Part shown: piece after piece, positions 8,383 to 16,741 of the stretch
How the letters are laid out: the number at the start of each line of letters is the position of its first letter
Position numbering within the stretch: the first letter of the stretch is position 1
Assembly: GCA_023819375.1 (NCBI GenBank)
Contig: JAMWDI010000002.1
Coordinates: 181,896-245,895, forward strand
Source: Candidatus Omnitrophota bacterium
Lineage (GTDB): Bacteria; Ratteibacteria; UBA8468; B48-G9; JAFGKM01
Direction of reading: 5' to 3'
Length of the DNA: 64,000 nt
The notes under the pieces: model-generated
Seen by the model: only the letters and a program-made list of their open reading frames with translations
What the model was told of the DNA's origin: nothing
Databases searched by the model: none
Made by a program: the position numbers and the translations under genes

Positions 8383-10816
8383 TCCTGAAGAATTAGAATT
8401 AAAATGGCAAAAAATCTGGGAAGAAAAAAAACTATTTGAAGCAAAGTATGAACAAGAGAAAAAAAAGTTTTATATACTTGAGATGTTTCCATATACCTCT
8501 GCTCAAATTCATATGGGACATGTAAGAAATTATACTATTGGAGATGTAGTCGCAAGATATAAAGCAATGAATGGATACAATATTTTACATCCCATTGGTT
8601 ACGATGCTTTTGGACTACCTGCAGAAAATGCAGCAATAAAACAAAACATTCATCCAAAAGAATGGACTTATAAAAACATTGAAACAATAAGAAGACAACT
8701 GAAACGCCTTGGAATTTCTTATTGTTGGGAAAGAGAAGTTATAACCTGTGATCCTGAATATTATAAATGGAATCAATATTTTTTCCTTCAGTTTTTCAAA
8801 AAAGGACTTGTTTATAAAAAACAGGCTCCTGCAAATTGGTGTCCTTCCTGTCAGACAGTTCTTGCTAATGAACAAGTAATTGATGGTAAATGCTGGAGAT
8901 GTGGAGAAATTGTTGAAACAAAAAATCTTGAACAGTGGTTTATAAAAATTACAGAATATGCTGAAAGATTGCTTGATTTCTCTGGTATTAAAAATTGGCC
9001 AGAAAGGGTTATAATAATGCAAAAAAACTGGATTGGAAAAAGCGAAGGGTGTGAAATTGATTTTTATATCCCACAAATTGGAGAAAATTTGAAAGTTTTC
9101 ACTACAAGAGCAGATACTTTATTTGGTGTAACTTATTTAGTCATTTCCCCATATCATCCATTTGTTGGAAAAATTAAAGAAGTTTCTCCAGTAAAAAATG
9201 AAATTGAAAAATTTATAAAGAAGACAACAAGGACAAGTCTAACTGTAAAGGATTTTTTGAGAGTTGAAAAAGAAGGAATTAACACAGGAATTTTTGCTAT
9301 CCATCCTATTACGCAGGAAAAAATATATGTTTGGATTGGAAACTACGTTCTAATGGAATATGGAACAGGTGCAATTATGGCTGTTCCGGCACATGACCAG
9401 AGAGATTTTGAATTTGCTCAAAAATATAATCTTCCAGTGAAGATAGTAATAAAAAATCCTGAATGGAAAGAAATACCTGAAAAACTTGAGAGTGCTTATG
9501 AAGATAAAGGCATTATGATAAATTCTGGTATTTTTGATGGTCTTGATAGTGAAAAAGGAAAAGAAGAAATAAGAAAATATCTTGAAAAAATAGGAAAAGG
9601 AAAAAAGGCAGTTTATTATAGATTAAAGGATTGGTGTATTTCAAGGCAGAGATATTGGGGAACTCCTATTCCTATAATTTATTGTAAAAAATGTGGCATT
9701 GTTCCTGAAAATGAAGAAAATTTACCTGTAAAGTTACCGGATGAAGTGAAAATTACTGGTAAAGGCGAATCTCCTTTAAAATATAGTGAAAAGTTTATTA
9801 AATGCAAATGTCCTTCCTGTGGAAATGAAGCAGAAAGAGAAACAGACACAATGGATACTTTTGTTGATTCTTCTTGGTATTTTTTAAGATATGCCTCTAA
9901 AGATTTAGAAAATAAACCATTTGATAAAGAAGAAGTAAATTATTGGATGCCAGTTGATCAATATATAGGTGGGATAGAACATGCTATCTTACATCTTTTA
10001 TACAGTAGATTCTTCGTTAAAGTTTTAAAAGATATGGGATTTGTTGATTTTGAAGAACCATTTGAAAATCTGTTATGTCAAGGAATGGTTATTAAGGATG
10101 GTGCCAAAATGTCAAAATCAAAAGGGAATGTTGTTGATCCAGAAGATATGATTAGAAAATATGGAGCAGATACTTTAAGGTTATTTATTTTATTTGCAGC
10201 ACCCCCAGAAGTTGATCTTGAATGGAGTGAAAAGGGTATTGAGGGTTGCTGGAGATTTTTGAATAGAATCTGGAGATTACATAATGAAATAAAAAATTAC
10301 TCTGAAATAAGTGATGAAAACAATGAAAAACTTAAAATTATGATAAACAAAACAATCAAAGGAGTAACAGAAGATATTGAAAAAGAATTTCAGTTTAATA
10401 CCGCAATCGCAAAGATGATGGAATTTATTAATTTTTTAAGTAAGGAAATAAATGAAAAGAAAGTTTCTAAAGATATTTTAATTGATTCGTGGAAAAAATT
10501 TATAAAAATCCTATCTCCTTTTACACCTCATATATGTGAGGAAATGTGGAATGATTTTGAAAAAGAAAAATTTTTATTTAGAGAAAACTGGCCTTCCTAT
10601 GAAGAAATTGAAACTTTTGAAGAAAAAATTAATATTGGTGTTCAAATAAATGGGAAAATAAAAGGAAATATTGACATTCCTGCCAATTATGACGTTGAAA
10701 AAATTTACAACCTTTTGATTAACAACGAAAAATTCAAAAAGTTTATTATCAATAAAAAAATTGTTAAAAAAATTTACATTCCTAAAAAATTAATTAATAT
10801 TGTAATTGAAGACTAA
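8369..10816 (+). CDS. leuS: Leucyl-tRNA synthetase
   Basis: 815 aa with the HMGH class I signature, the KMSKS region (KMSKSKGN) and characteristic LeuS N-terminal sequence. The start overlaps the nfo stop by 14 nt. Confidence 0.95.
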   Translation: MEKYNPEELELKWQKIWEEKKLFEAKYEQEKKKFYILEMFPYTSAQIHMGHVRNYTIGDVVARYKAMNGYNILHPIGYDAFGLPAENAAIKQNIHPKEWTYKNIETIRRQLKRLGISYCWEREVITCDPEYYKWNQYFFLQFFKKGLVYKKQAPANWCPSCQTVLANEQVIDGKCWRCGEIVETKNLEQWFIKITEYAERLLDFSGIKNWPERVIIMQKNWIGKSEGCEIDFYIPQIGENLKVFTTRADTLFGVTYLVISPYHPFVGKIKEVSPVKNEIEKFIKKTTRTSLTVKDFLRVEKEGINTGIFAIHPITQEKIYVWIGNYVLMEYGTGAIMAVPAHDQRDFEFAQKYNLPVKIVIKNPEWKEIPEKLESAYEDKGIMINSGIFDGLDSEKGKEEIRKYLEKIGKGKKAVYYRLKDWCISRQRYWGTPIPIIYCKKCGIVPENEENLPVKLPDEVKITGKGESPLKYSEKFIKCKCPSCGNEAERETDTMDTFVDSSWYFLRYASKDLENKPFDKEEVNYWMPVDQYIGGIEHAILHLLYSRFFVKVLKDMGFVDFEEPFENLLCQGMVIKDGAKMSKSKGNVVDPEDMIRKYGADTLRLFILFAAPPEVDLEWSEKGIEGCWRFLNRIWRLHNEIKNYSEISDENNEKLKIMINKTIKGVTEDIEKEFQFNTAIAKMMEFINFLSKEINEKKVSKDILIDSWKKFIKILSPFTPHICEEMWNDFEKEKFLFRENWPSYEEIETFEEKINIGVQINGKIKGNIDIPANYDVEKIYNLLINNEKFKKFIINKKIVKKIYIPKKLINIVIED

Positions 10817-11064
10817 CTTTCTTTTTTCTCCTCTTCTTTTGATTCTTCTTTCTTTTCCTTTTCTTCTTTTTCTTTTTCTCTCTTTTCTTCTATTCTATCT
10901 TTAATATCACTTATTCCTGCTGCAATAGCAATTATCCCTCCAAGTATTAAGAGAACAACTATTCCACCCCCTATAAACCATAAAGTGGCCTTACCAAGAG
11001 GACCAGGAACTGCAAGAAGTATTCCTACTGCTATCGCTATTATCCCACCTATAATTGCTGCCAT
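10813..11064 (-). CDS. Small membrane protein with a charged EK-rich tail
   Basis: 83 aa. Two near-identical Gly/Ile/Ala-rich hydrophobic segments (IIGGIIAIAVGIL and ILGGIIAIAAGI) are followed by a KE-rich C-terminus. No known family. Confidence 0.4.
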   Translation of the reverse strand: MAAIIGGIIAIAVGILLAVPGPLGKATLWFIGGGIVVLLILGGIIAIAAGISDIKDRIEEKREKEKEEKEKKEESKEEEKKES

Positions 11065-11144
11065 TTAAACCTCCTTTTTTAAAAAATAAACAGAATTAAT
11101 TTAAACATATATTAAAAAAAATGTCAACTATTAAAAAAATAAAT

Positions 11145-11218
11145 CGGGGCGTCCGGATTTGAACCGGAGACCTCTTGGTCCCGAACCAAGCGCTCTTAAC
11201 CTGACTGAGCCACGCCCC
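11145..11218 (-). tRNA. tRNA-Pro (anticodon CGG)
   Basis: Cloverleaf folded by hand from the reverse complement: GGGGCGT acceptor stem, TTCAAAT T-loop, anticodon loop TTCGGGA. No encoded CCA. Confidence 0.8.
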
Positions 11219-11224
11219 GAAAAT

Positions 11225-11297
11225 TGCGGCCAGCCCGACTTGAACGGGCAACTTTCGGGTCCGCAACCCGACGTTCTATCCATTGAACTATGGCCGC
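11225..11297 (-). tRNA. tRNA-Arg (anticodon reads GCG)
   Basis: Reverse complement GCGGCCATAGTTCAATGGATAGAAC... with an Arg-type D-loop. Anticodon stem TCGGG/CCCGA with loop TTGCGGA. Lies 6 nt from tRNA-Pro. Confidence 0.7.
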
Positions 11298-11306
11298 TTA
11301 ATCAAA

Positions 11307-11843
11307 TTATACCTTTATTTTATCAAAAAAATCATTACCAAAAATGTCAATTCCAACAATTGCAGGAAAATTTTCAACAATTAATTTATAAATTGCTTCC
11401 GGACCAAGTTCTTCAAAACAAACAAGTTCAATTTTTTTTACAAATTGACTTAAATAAGCACCACATCCGCCAAAAGTGATAAGATAAATAACTTTAAATC
11501 TTTTAAATGCTTTTACTATCTCTTTACTTCTTCCTCCTTTACCCATAGTTGCTTTTAAACCAAATTTCAAAAGCGGAATTGTTAATTCATCCATCCTCTT
11601 ACTTGTTGTTGGCCCTATTGAACCAACAATCTTACCATTTGGTGTTGGGGATGGCCCAGTATAGTAAATTAATGAATTTTTTAAATTTACAGGTAATTTT
11701 CTGCCTATTTTAATAATTTCAACTAATTTTCTGTGGGCTTCATCTCTCGCAGTTAAAATTTCACCATTAATTAAAACTTCATCACCAACTCTTATTTTTT
11801 CAAGTTCCTTTTCTTCTTTCAAAGGAAAATATAATTTTTTCAT
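11307..11843 (-). CDS. Fe-S hydro-lyase beta subunit (class I fumarate hydratase or tartrate dehydratase C-terminal domain)
   Basis: 178 aa matching the FumA/TtdB C-terminal catalytic domain pattern (GPSPT...GKGGRS). Confidence 0.7.
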   Translation of the reverse strand: MKKLYFPLKEEKELEKIRVGDEVLINGEILTARDEAHRKLVEIIKIGRKLPVNLKNSLIYYTGPSPTPNGKIVGSIGPTTSKRMDELTIPLLKFGLKATMGKGGRSKEIVKAFKRFKVIYLITFGGCGAYLSQFVKKIELVCFEELGPEAIYKLIVENFPAIVGIDIFGNDFFDKIKV

Positions 11844-12682
11844 AATTCAAAACTCCCAACTCTATGAGCCCAGCAACAGATATTTATTGCGACTGGAAGT
11901 CCTGCTATATGAGTAGGATAACTTTCTATTTTTAAATCAAAACATGTAATTTTACCTCCAAAACCACCAGGTCCAATTCCAAGTTTATTTATTTTTTCAA
12001 CAATTTTTTTCTCCCATTTTCTATATTCAGAATTTTCATTTCCAATTTTTGTTAATGCGTATTTTGACAAAATTGCTGATTTTTCAAAAGAACCACCTAT
12101 TCCAACTCCAATAAATAAAGGAGGGCAAGGTAAACTTCCACTTTCTTTTACAGTTTGGATTATAAAATTTTCAATTCCTTCTTTACCTTCTGTTGGATTT
12201 AACATTTTTATTCTACTTGCATTCTCTGAACCAAATCCTTTTGAAATTAAAGTAATTTTAAATTTTTCTTTAAACTCAGATATTAAAAAATGGATAATAG
12301 GCGGAGTATTAGTTTCTGTATTCTTTCTAGTAATAGGATCAACAACCGATTTTCTAAGAAATCCTTTTTGACTTCCCATTTTAACTCCTTCACTTATTAC
12401 TTCAACAAGATTTTTATAATTACCAAGTTCTATATTTACTTCCCCACCCAATTCAACAAAGACAATTGTCAACCCTGTATCTTGACATATAGGAATTTTG
12501 TTTTTTTCTGCATATTTTAAATTTTCAAGTATGATTTTAAGGTACTTTTTAGAGTACTTTTCTTTTTCAACAAAATATGCATCTTCTATATATTTTTTAA
12601 TTTCGTCGGGTAATTTATAATTTATCTCTATTAACTTCTCGCTCATTCTTTCAATTATTTCATTTGAATATATCTTTTTCAT
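11840..12682 (-). CDS. Fe-S hydro-lyase alpha subunit (class I fumarate hydratase or tartrate dehydratase N-terminal domain)
   Basis: Contains CQDTG and the conserved Cys pattern. Start placed at the ATG at 12682 with a GGTGGG RBS, because the track start is a TTG. Confidence 0.7.
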   Translation of the reverse strand: MKKIYSNEIIERMSEKLIEINYKLPDEIKKYIEDAYFVEKEKYSKKYLKIILENLKYAEKNKIPICQDTGLTIVFVELGGEVNIELGNYKNLVEVISEGVKMGSQKGFLRKSVVDPITRKNTETNTPPIIHFLISEFKEKFKITLISKGFGSENASRIKMLNPTEGKEGIENFIIQTVKESGSLPCPPLFIGVGIGGSFEKSAILSKYALTKIGNENSEYRKWEKKIVEKINKLGIGPGGFGGKITCFDLKIESYPTHIAGLPVAINICCWAHRVGSFEL

Positions 12683-13400
12683 TTTCCCACCATACAAAAT
12701 TTAAATTTGTGTGATAATACAAAACTAAATTACAAAGATAATTTATCTTCTCTGCTTCTTCCTTTTTAATCCTTAACACATCAAGATTTTTTAAATCCAC
12801 TTTTTTTATAAATTTTATTATTGAAAGTATTTTGTTTGATATTTTAACACAGTCTGGTTCAAGAATTCCACAGTTTTTACATACAACTCCACCACATTTA
12901 GGACTAAGAAAATTTAAATTTATTTTTATTCCACATTTAGTGCATCTATCAATTTTTATTCCATAACCAAGTATTTCTATGAATTTTATTTTAAATCCAA
13001 GAAAAACAAGATAATTTCTTTTGTTTGTCTGCAAACAATCAACCGTTTTTTGCAATAAAAAGAAGATACTTTCTTCTTTTTGAAATTCTGGAAGAAATGT
13101 GTCTATAAGATTTAAAATCAAAAAATAAATTTTTAAAAAGATTCTATCCTTAAATTCAAAAAAATTTATTAAATTCGGAGAACTTAAAAGATTCAATTCA
13201 TTTTTTTTCTTATAAACAAGGGTGAAAATATAGGCGCCAGGTGTAAAAGTAAGAGGTGAAATTTTACTTTTTTCACTTCTAACTCCCTTCAAAACACCTT
13301 TGATTTTTCCTAATTCTCTTGTAAACAACGTTAATATTACACTTGTTTCTCTAAAATTTACTTTTTTTAAAACAAACCCTTCAGTTTTTATTGGAGGCAT
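12660..13400 (-). CDS. recO: DNA repair protein RecO
   Basis: OB-fold N-terminus (FVLKKVNFRETSVILTLFT) and C-terminal CxxC...CxxC zinc ribbon (CTKCG...CKNCG). Start and end positions are approximate to within 1-3 nt. Confidence 0.65.
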   Translation of the reverse strand: MPPIKTEGFVLKKVNFRETSVILTLFTRELGKIKGVLKGVRSEKSKISPLTFTPGAYIFTLVYKKKNELNLLSSPNLINFFEFKDRIFLKIYFLILNLIDTFLPEFQKEESIFFLLQKTVDCLQTNKRNYLVFLGFKIKFIEILGYGIKIDRCTKCGIKINLNFLSPKCGGVVCKNCGILEPDCVKISNKILSIIKFIKKVDLKNLDVLRIKKEEAEKINYLCNLVLYYHTNLNFVWWENEKDIFK

Positions 13401-13956
13401 TTGAAGGCGTAAATAAACCCATTGAAATAACAATTTTTATTGCCTCTTCAACAGGGATATTCAATTTTTCAATTTTATTTTTAGGAACCATTAAAACAAT
13501 ACCTGTTGTTATATTTGGAACTGTTGGAATAAAAACAGAAAAATATCCCTCTTCAAATTCTCCTGTTAAAAAACCAATTGTATATGAATCATCTGGCATT
13601 TTAATTTTTACAACTCCCTTAAAAACATCTGTTTTCTTTTCGGTTATTCTCTTAACAAGATTTTTTACAAAATTAAAAATTTTGTTTAAAAAGGGAATAT
13701 TTTCAAAAAACATTTCAATAAATTCAAGAAGTTTTTTCCCGAAAAAATTATTTGCCAAAAATCCTATAATGAAAATTAAAAATATAAGTGAGATTAACCC
13801 AACCCCAGGAATATAAATATTAGGAAAAAATTTTTTAAAAAAATTGCCTAAAATATTCTCAAGGAAAATAAAAATTTTAAAAATAACCCAGACCGATAAA
13901 GCAACAGGAACTATAAAAATTATTCCTGAAATAAAATGTTTTTTAATTGTTTTCAT
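13381..13956 (-). CDS. DUF502-family membrane protein
   Basis: N-terminal TM helices followed by a soluble domain with VFIPTVPNITTG, typical of DUF502. Confidence 0.55.
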   Translation of the reverse strand: MKTIKKHFISGIIFIVPVALSVWVIFKIFIFLENILGNFFKKFFPNIYIPGVGLISLIFLIFIIGFLANNFFGKKLLEFIEMFFENIPFLNKIFNFVKNLVKRITEKKTDVFKGVVKIKMPDDSYTIGFLTGEFEEGYFSVFIPTVPNITTGIVLMVPKNKIEKLNIPVEEAIKIVISMGLFTPSNASNKN

Positions 13957-13960
13957 ATTT

Positions 13961-14677
13961 TTACCTCCAGAAAATCTGGAAGAGTAAAATTGTTACTATT
14001 ATTCCTAAAATTCCACCAATTATTACTTCTATAAGTTTATGAATTTCTTTTGTCAATCTACTCTGGGCAACCCAGAAAGCCAGCAAGAAAACAAGAGGAG
14101 ATATTACAGGATAATCTTTAAAGGTTAAAAAGGATATACCTGTCCAGATACTAAAAGCAATTCCTGCATGAATACTTGGCATTCCACCTGCAAGAGAAAA
14201 CTTTTTTTCTGTTATAAATTTAAGTAAAATAGAAAGGCCTGAAACGATTATAAGGATTATAAAAGTTAGATGCCAAGAAGAATTTCTTATATTTTCAAAT
14301 ATGTTTCTGAATCCTTCTGGGAAATATTTTATAAAGATCAAATATCCTCCAATAAAAGCAAAAATTGAAGAAACTAAAACTGCTGAAGCCGAGATATCTT
14401 TGATTATCTTTACAATATAAATTTTGTCATTTTCTATATGTTCGGAAAGAAACTCCATTGCAGTATTTATTATTTCGCAAACCATAACAAGGGAAATAAA
14501 TAAAAGAATTATTAAAAATTCAGCAATAGGTATATGCCAAAAAAGTGAGAAAAAAATTACAAAAATACTTATTAAAACATGAATTTTAAAATTTCTTTCA
14601 TTCTTAAACACGAAAAAAAGTCCATTAAAAGCAGAATTAAAACTCTCAAGTAAACTATGATTTCTTTTTTTTCTCAT
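13961..14677 (-). CDS. dgkA: Fusion of diacylglycerol/undecaprenol kinase (DgkA) and a PAP2-like phosphatase domain
   Basis: The N-terminal half matches DgkA (ERNFKIH...EIINTAMEF...ASAVL). The C-terminal half carries PAP2 motifs (GMPSIHAG; SRLTKEIHKLIE with D replaced by E). The position after phoH-ybeY matches the conserved dgkA position. Confidence 0.6.
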   Translation of the reverse strand: MRKKRNHSLLESFNSAFNGLFFVFKNERNFKIHVLISIFVIFFSLFWHIPIAEFLIILLFISLVMVCEIINTAMEFLSEHIENDKIYIVKIIKDISASAVLVSSIFAFIGGYLIFIKYFPEGFRNIFENIRNSSWHLTFIILIIVSGLSILLKFITEKKFSLAGGMPSIHAGIAFSIWTGISFLTFKDYPVISPLVFLLAFWVAQSRLTKEIHKLIEVIIGGILGIIVTILLFQIFWR

Positions 14678-15120
14678 TTTTCTCTAATAATTTTTTCAAA
14701 AATCTCATCCTGTTTCAAAAACATTTTTTCTCTTTCTTTTTCTGTATAATCAGTATAACCTTTCAAATGTAAAAGACCATGAATTATGACATATAAAATT
14801 TCATTTTCAAGGTTATTCCTATAAATTTGTGAATTTTTTTTACATTCATCAACTGAAATAATTAGTTCTCCGTAATTTTTAGAATATTTAAACGCTAAAA
14901 TGTCTGTATAAGAGTTAACATTTAAAAATTTTCTATTTAAATCTTTTATTTTCTTATTGTTCACCAAGTAAATTGAAACCTTTTTAGGAGGAGGCAAAAT
15001 ATACTTCTTTATTTCATCAACCATCATCTTAATGTAATCCTCATTTACTTTCACCTTTTTCTGTTTTTGAAATATTTCTATCTCTATCTCTTTTTTCATA
15101 ATATTTTTCATAAGCATCAA
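14674..15120 (-). CDS. ybeY: rRNA maturation endoribonuclease YbeY
   Basis: HGLLHLKGYTDY metal-binding motif. The true start is probably an internal Met at 15111 or 15099, because the track start overlaps phoH by 80 nt. Confidence 0.75.
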   Translation of the reverse strand: MMLMKNIMKKEIEIEIFQKQKKVKVNEDYIKMMVDEIKKYILPPPKKVSIYLVNNKKIKDLNRKFLNVNSYTDILAFKYSKNYGELIISVDECKKNSQIYRNNLENEILYVIIHGLLHLKGYTDYTEKEREKMFLKQDEIFEKIIREK

Positions 15121-16042
15121 TTATTTTTTTTACAAGGCTATGTCTTACAACATCTCTGTTAGAAAAATAAATAAATTTAATTCCTCTAATACCTTTAAGT
15201 ATTTTTTGAATTATAACAAGTCCTGACGTAGAAGAATCTAAGGGATAATCGATTTGGGTTATATCTCCTGTAATAACTATTTTAGAATCAAGCCCAAGAC
15301 GTGTTAAAAACATTTTCATCTGTGCAAAAGTAGTATTTTGTCCCTCATCAAGTATTATAAAAGCATTACTTAAAGTTCTTCCCCTCATATAAGCAAGTGG
15401 GACAATTTCAATTATCCTTCTCTCTTGCCATCTTTTCAATTCTTCATATTTAAGCAAATCAAAAAGGGCATCATAAATTGGCTGAAGATATGGCTTTATT
15501 TTTTCTTCAAGATCACCAGGTAAAAAACCCAATCTTTCACCTGCTTCAAGAGCAGGTCTTGTAAGAATTAGCCTTTGAAATTGTCCCTTTTTTACTGCTT
15601 CTATTCCACAAGCAACAGCAAGATAGGTCTTACCTGTTCCAGCAGGACCAATTCCTATCACCAGATCATATTTTCTTATTGCTTTAATATAGGCTTTCTG
15701 TTTTGGTGTTTTAGGGATTACATTTTTTCTTTTTGAATCTATAAATATTTCTTCTTCCTTTATTTTCTTTTCTTCTTTCTCTTCTTTTTCAAATTCACCT
15801 AAAGCAAGCAAAATATCATTTTTTGAAATACTTCTCTTTTTCCCTTTAAACTTTAAAATTTCATAAATCAAACTTATTGCCTTTTCTACCTTTTCATTTT
15901 CACCTTTAAAAGTTAAAAGATTTCCTCTTGCAAAAATTTCAATTCCAAATAGATTTTCAATAAATTCAAGATTTTCGTCTTTTATGCCATATAGAAATTG
16001 GGCTTCTTCGTTGGATATTTCTATTTCTCTTTTAATTAACAT
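15041..16042 (-). CDS. phoH: PhoH-family ATPase
   Basis: Walker A GPAGTGKTY, the ILDEGQN motif and PhoH-like overall architecture. Confidence 0.85.
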   Translation of the reverse strand: MLIKREIEISNEEAQFLYGIKDENLEFIENLFGIEIFARGNLLTFKGENEKVEKAISLIYEILKFKGKKRSISKNDILLALGEFEKEEKEEKKIKEEEIFIDSKRKNVIPKTPKQKAYIKAIRKYDLVIGIGPAGTGKTYLAVACGIEAVKKGQFQRLILTRPALEAGERLGFLPGDLEEKIKPYLQPIYDALFDLLKYEELKRWQERRIIEIVPLAYMRGRTLSNAFIILDEGQNTTFAQMKMFLTRLGLDSKIVITGDITQIDYPLDSSTSGLVIIQKILKGIRGIKFIYFSNRDVVRHSLVKKIIDAYEKYYEKRDRDRNISKTEKGESK

Positions 16043-16043
16043 T

Positions 16044-16709
16044 TTATGGGATGTAAATTTTTGTGCCAGGTTTTAATACGTTAGGATTTTTGATAATATG
16101 TTTGTTTATACTATAAATAAGTTCCCATTTATCAACAGTACCATAAAATTTATAAGATATTTTTTTAAGTGTATCTCCTTTTTGAATAACATAATATTTA
16201 CCAGTTTTAGGTTCTTCTTCAACAATTGGCTCTTCAGGTTTCGTTAAAATAGTTGCACGAACTCTATTTATTTCAGCAATTGTTTGGTTCGCCACTGCTA
16301 TTGCTCTCTCACTTGCTTTATTTGCCTCTTCTATTGCTTTATTTGCCGCCTCTATTGCTTTATCTCTTGCTTCATTAGATGCTTTTATTGCTTCTTGCGA
16401 TGCTTTATTTGCTGCGTCTATTGCTCTTTGAACTTCTCTTTCAGTAAATTTCCTTGTTTCATTCACTGCTTCAATTGCTTCATCTACTTTTTTAATTGCT
16501 TCTTCTGAATTTGCCTTTGCTTCGTTACTTGTATTTACTGCTTCAATAGCCAACTTTTCAGCATTTTTACTTATTTCCAAAGATGTTTCTGCTATAGAAA
16601 TTGCTTGTTTTAATTTCATATCAATTATCTCTTCTTTAATTGATGCAGTTTTATAAGTTGCACAACCAGTTAAAAAAATTCCACTTAAAATAAAAATTAA
16701 ATATCTTTT
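16044..16709 (-). CDS. Lipoprotein with an alanine/glutamate coiled-coil repeat region and C-terminal LysM domain
   Basis: Start at the ATG at 16709 (MKRYLIFILSGIFLTGC lipobox) preceded by GGAGG. The central region has AIEAANKA-type repeats. C-terminal LysM sequence YYVIQKGDTLKKIS... Confidence 0.55.
   Translation of the reverse strand, partial: KRYLIFILSGIFLTGCATYKTASIKEEIIDMKLKQAISIAETSLEISKNAEKLAIEAVNTSNEAKANSEEAIKKVDEAIEAVNETRKFTEREVQRAIDAANKASQEAIKASNEARDKAIEAANKAIEEANKASERAIAVANQTIAEINRVRATILTKPEEPIVEEEPKTGKYYVIQKGDTLKKISYKFYGTVDKWELIYSINKHIIKNPNVLKPGTKIYIP
16290..16530. repeat. Imperfect tandem DNA repeats of about 24 nt (gc[ct]tctattgctttatttgc..) inside the lipoprotein gene
   Basis: Repeated GCTTCTATTGCTTTATTTGC/GCCTCTATTGCTTTATCT units are visible by eye. 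They encode the AIEAANKA-like protein repeats on the minus strand. Confidence 0.5.
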
Positions 16710-16741
16710 CATTTCTAAACCTCCAATTTTAATATTTTTTA

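Noticed and set aside
8615-9076. 153-aa minus-strand ORF
   Set aside because: It is entirely antisense within leuS, which has strong family-wide conservation. It is a frame shadow.
10816-10925. Polypyrimidine/purine low-complexity tract (CTTTCTTTT...) after leuS
   Set aside because: It is simply the coding sequence for the Glu/Lys-rich tail of the small membrane protein on the minus strand, not a standalone repeat element.
11159-11479. 106-aa plus-strand ORF
   Set aside because: It lies antisense over the two minus-strand tRNA genes (Pro, Arg). The composition is atypical and there is no RBS, so it is an artefact of the G+C-rich tRNA DNA.
16284-16508. 74-aa Cys-rich plus-strand ORF
   Set aside because: It is antisense to the tandem-repeat region of the lipoprotein gene. 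The repetitive Cys/Phe content just mirrors the GCA/GAA-rich sense strand.
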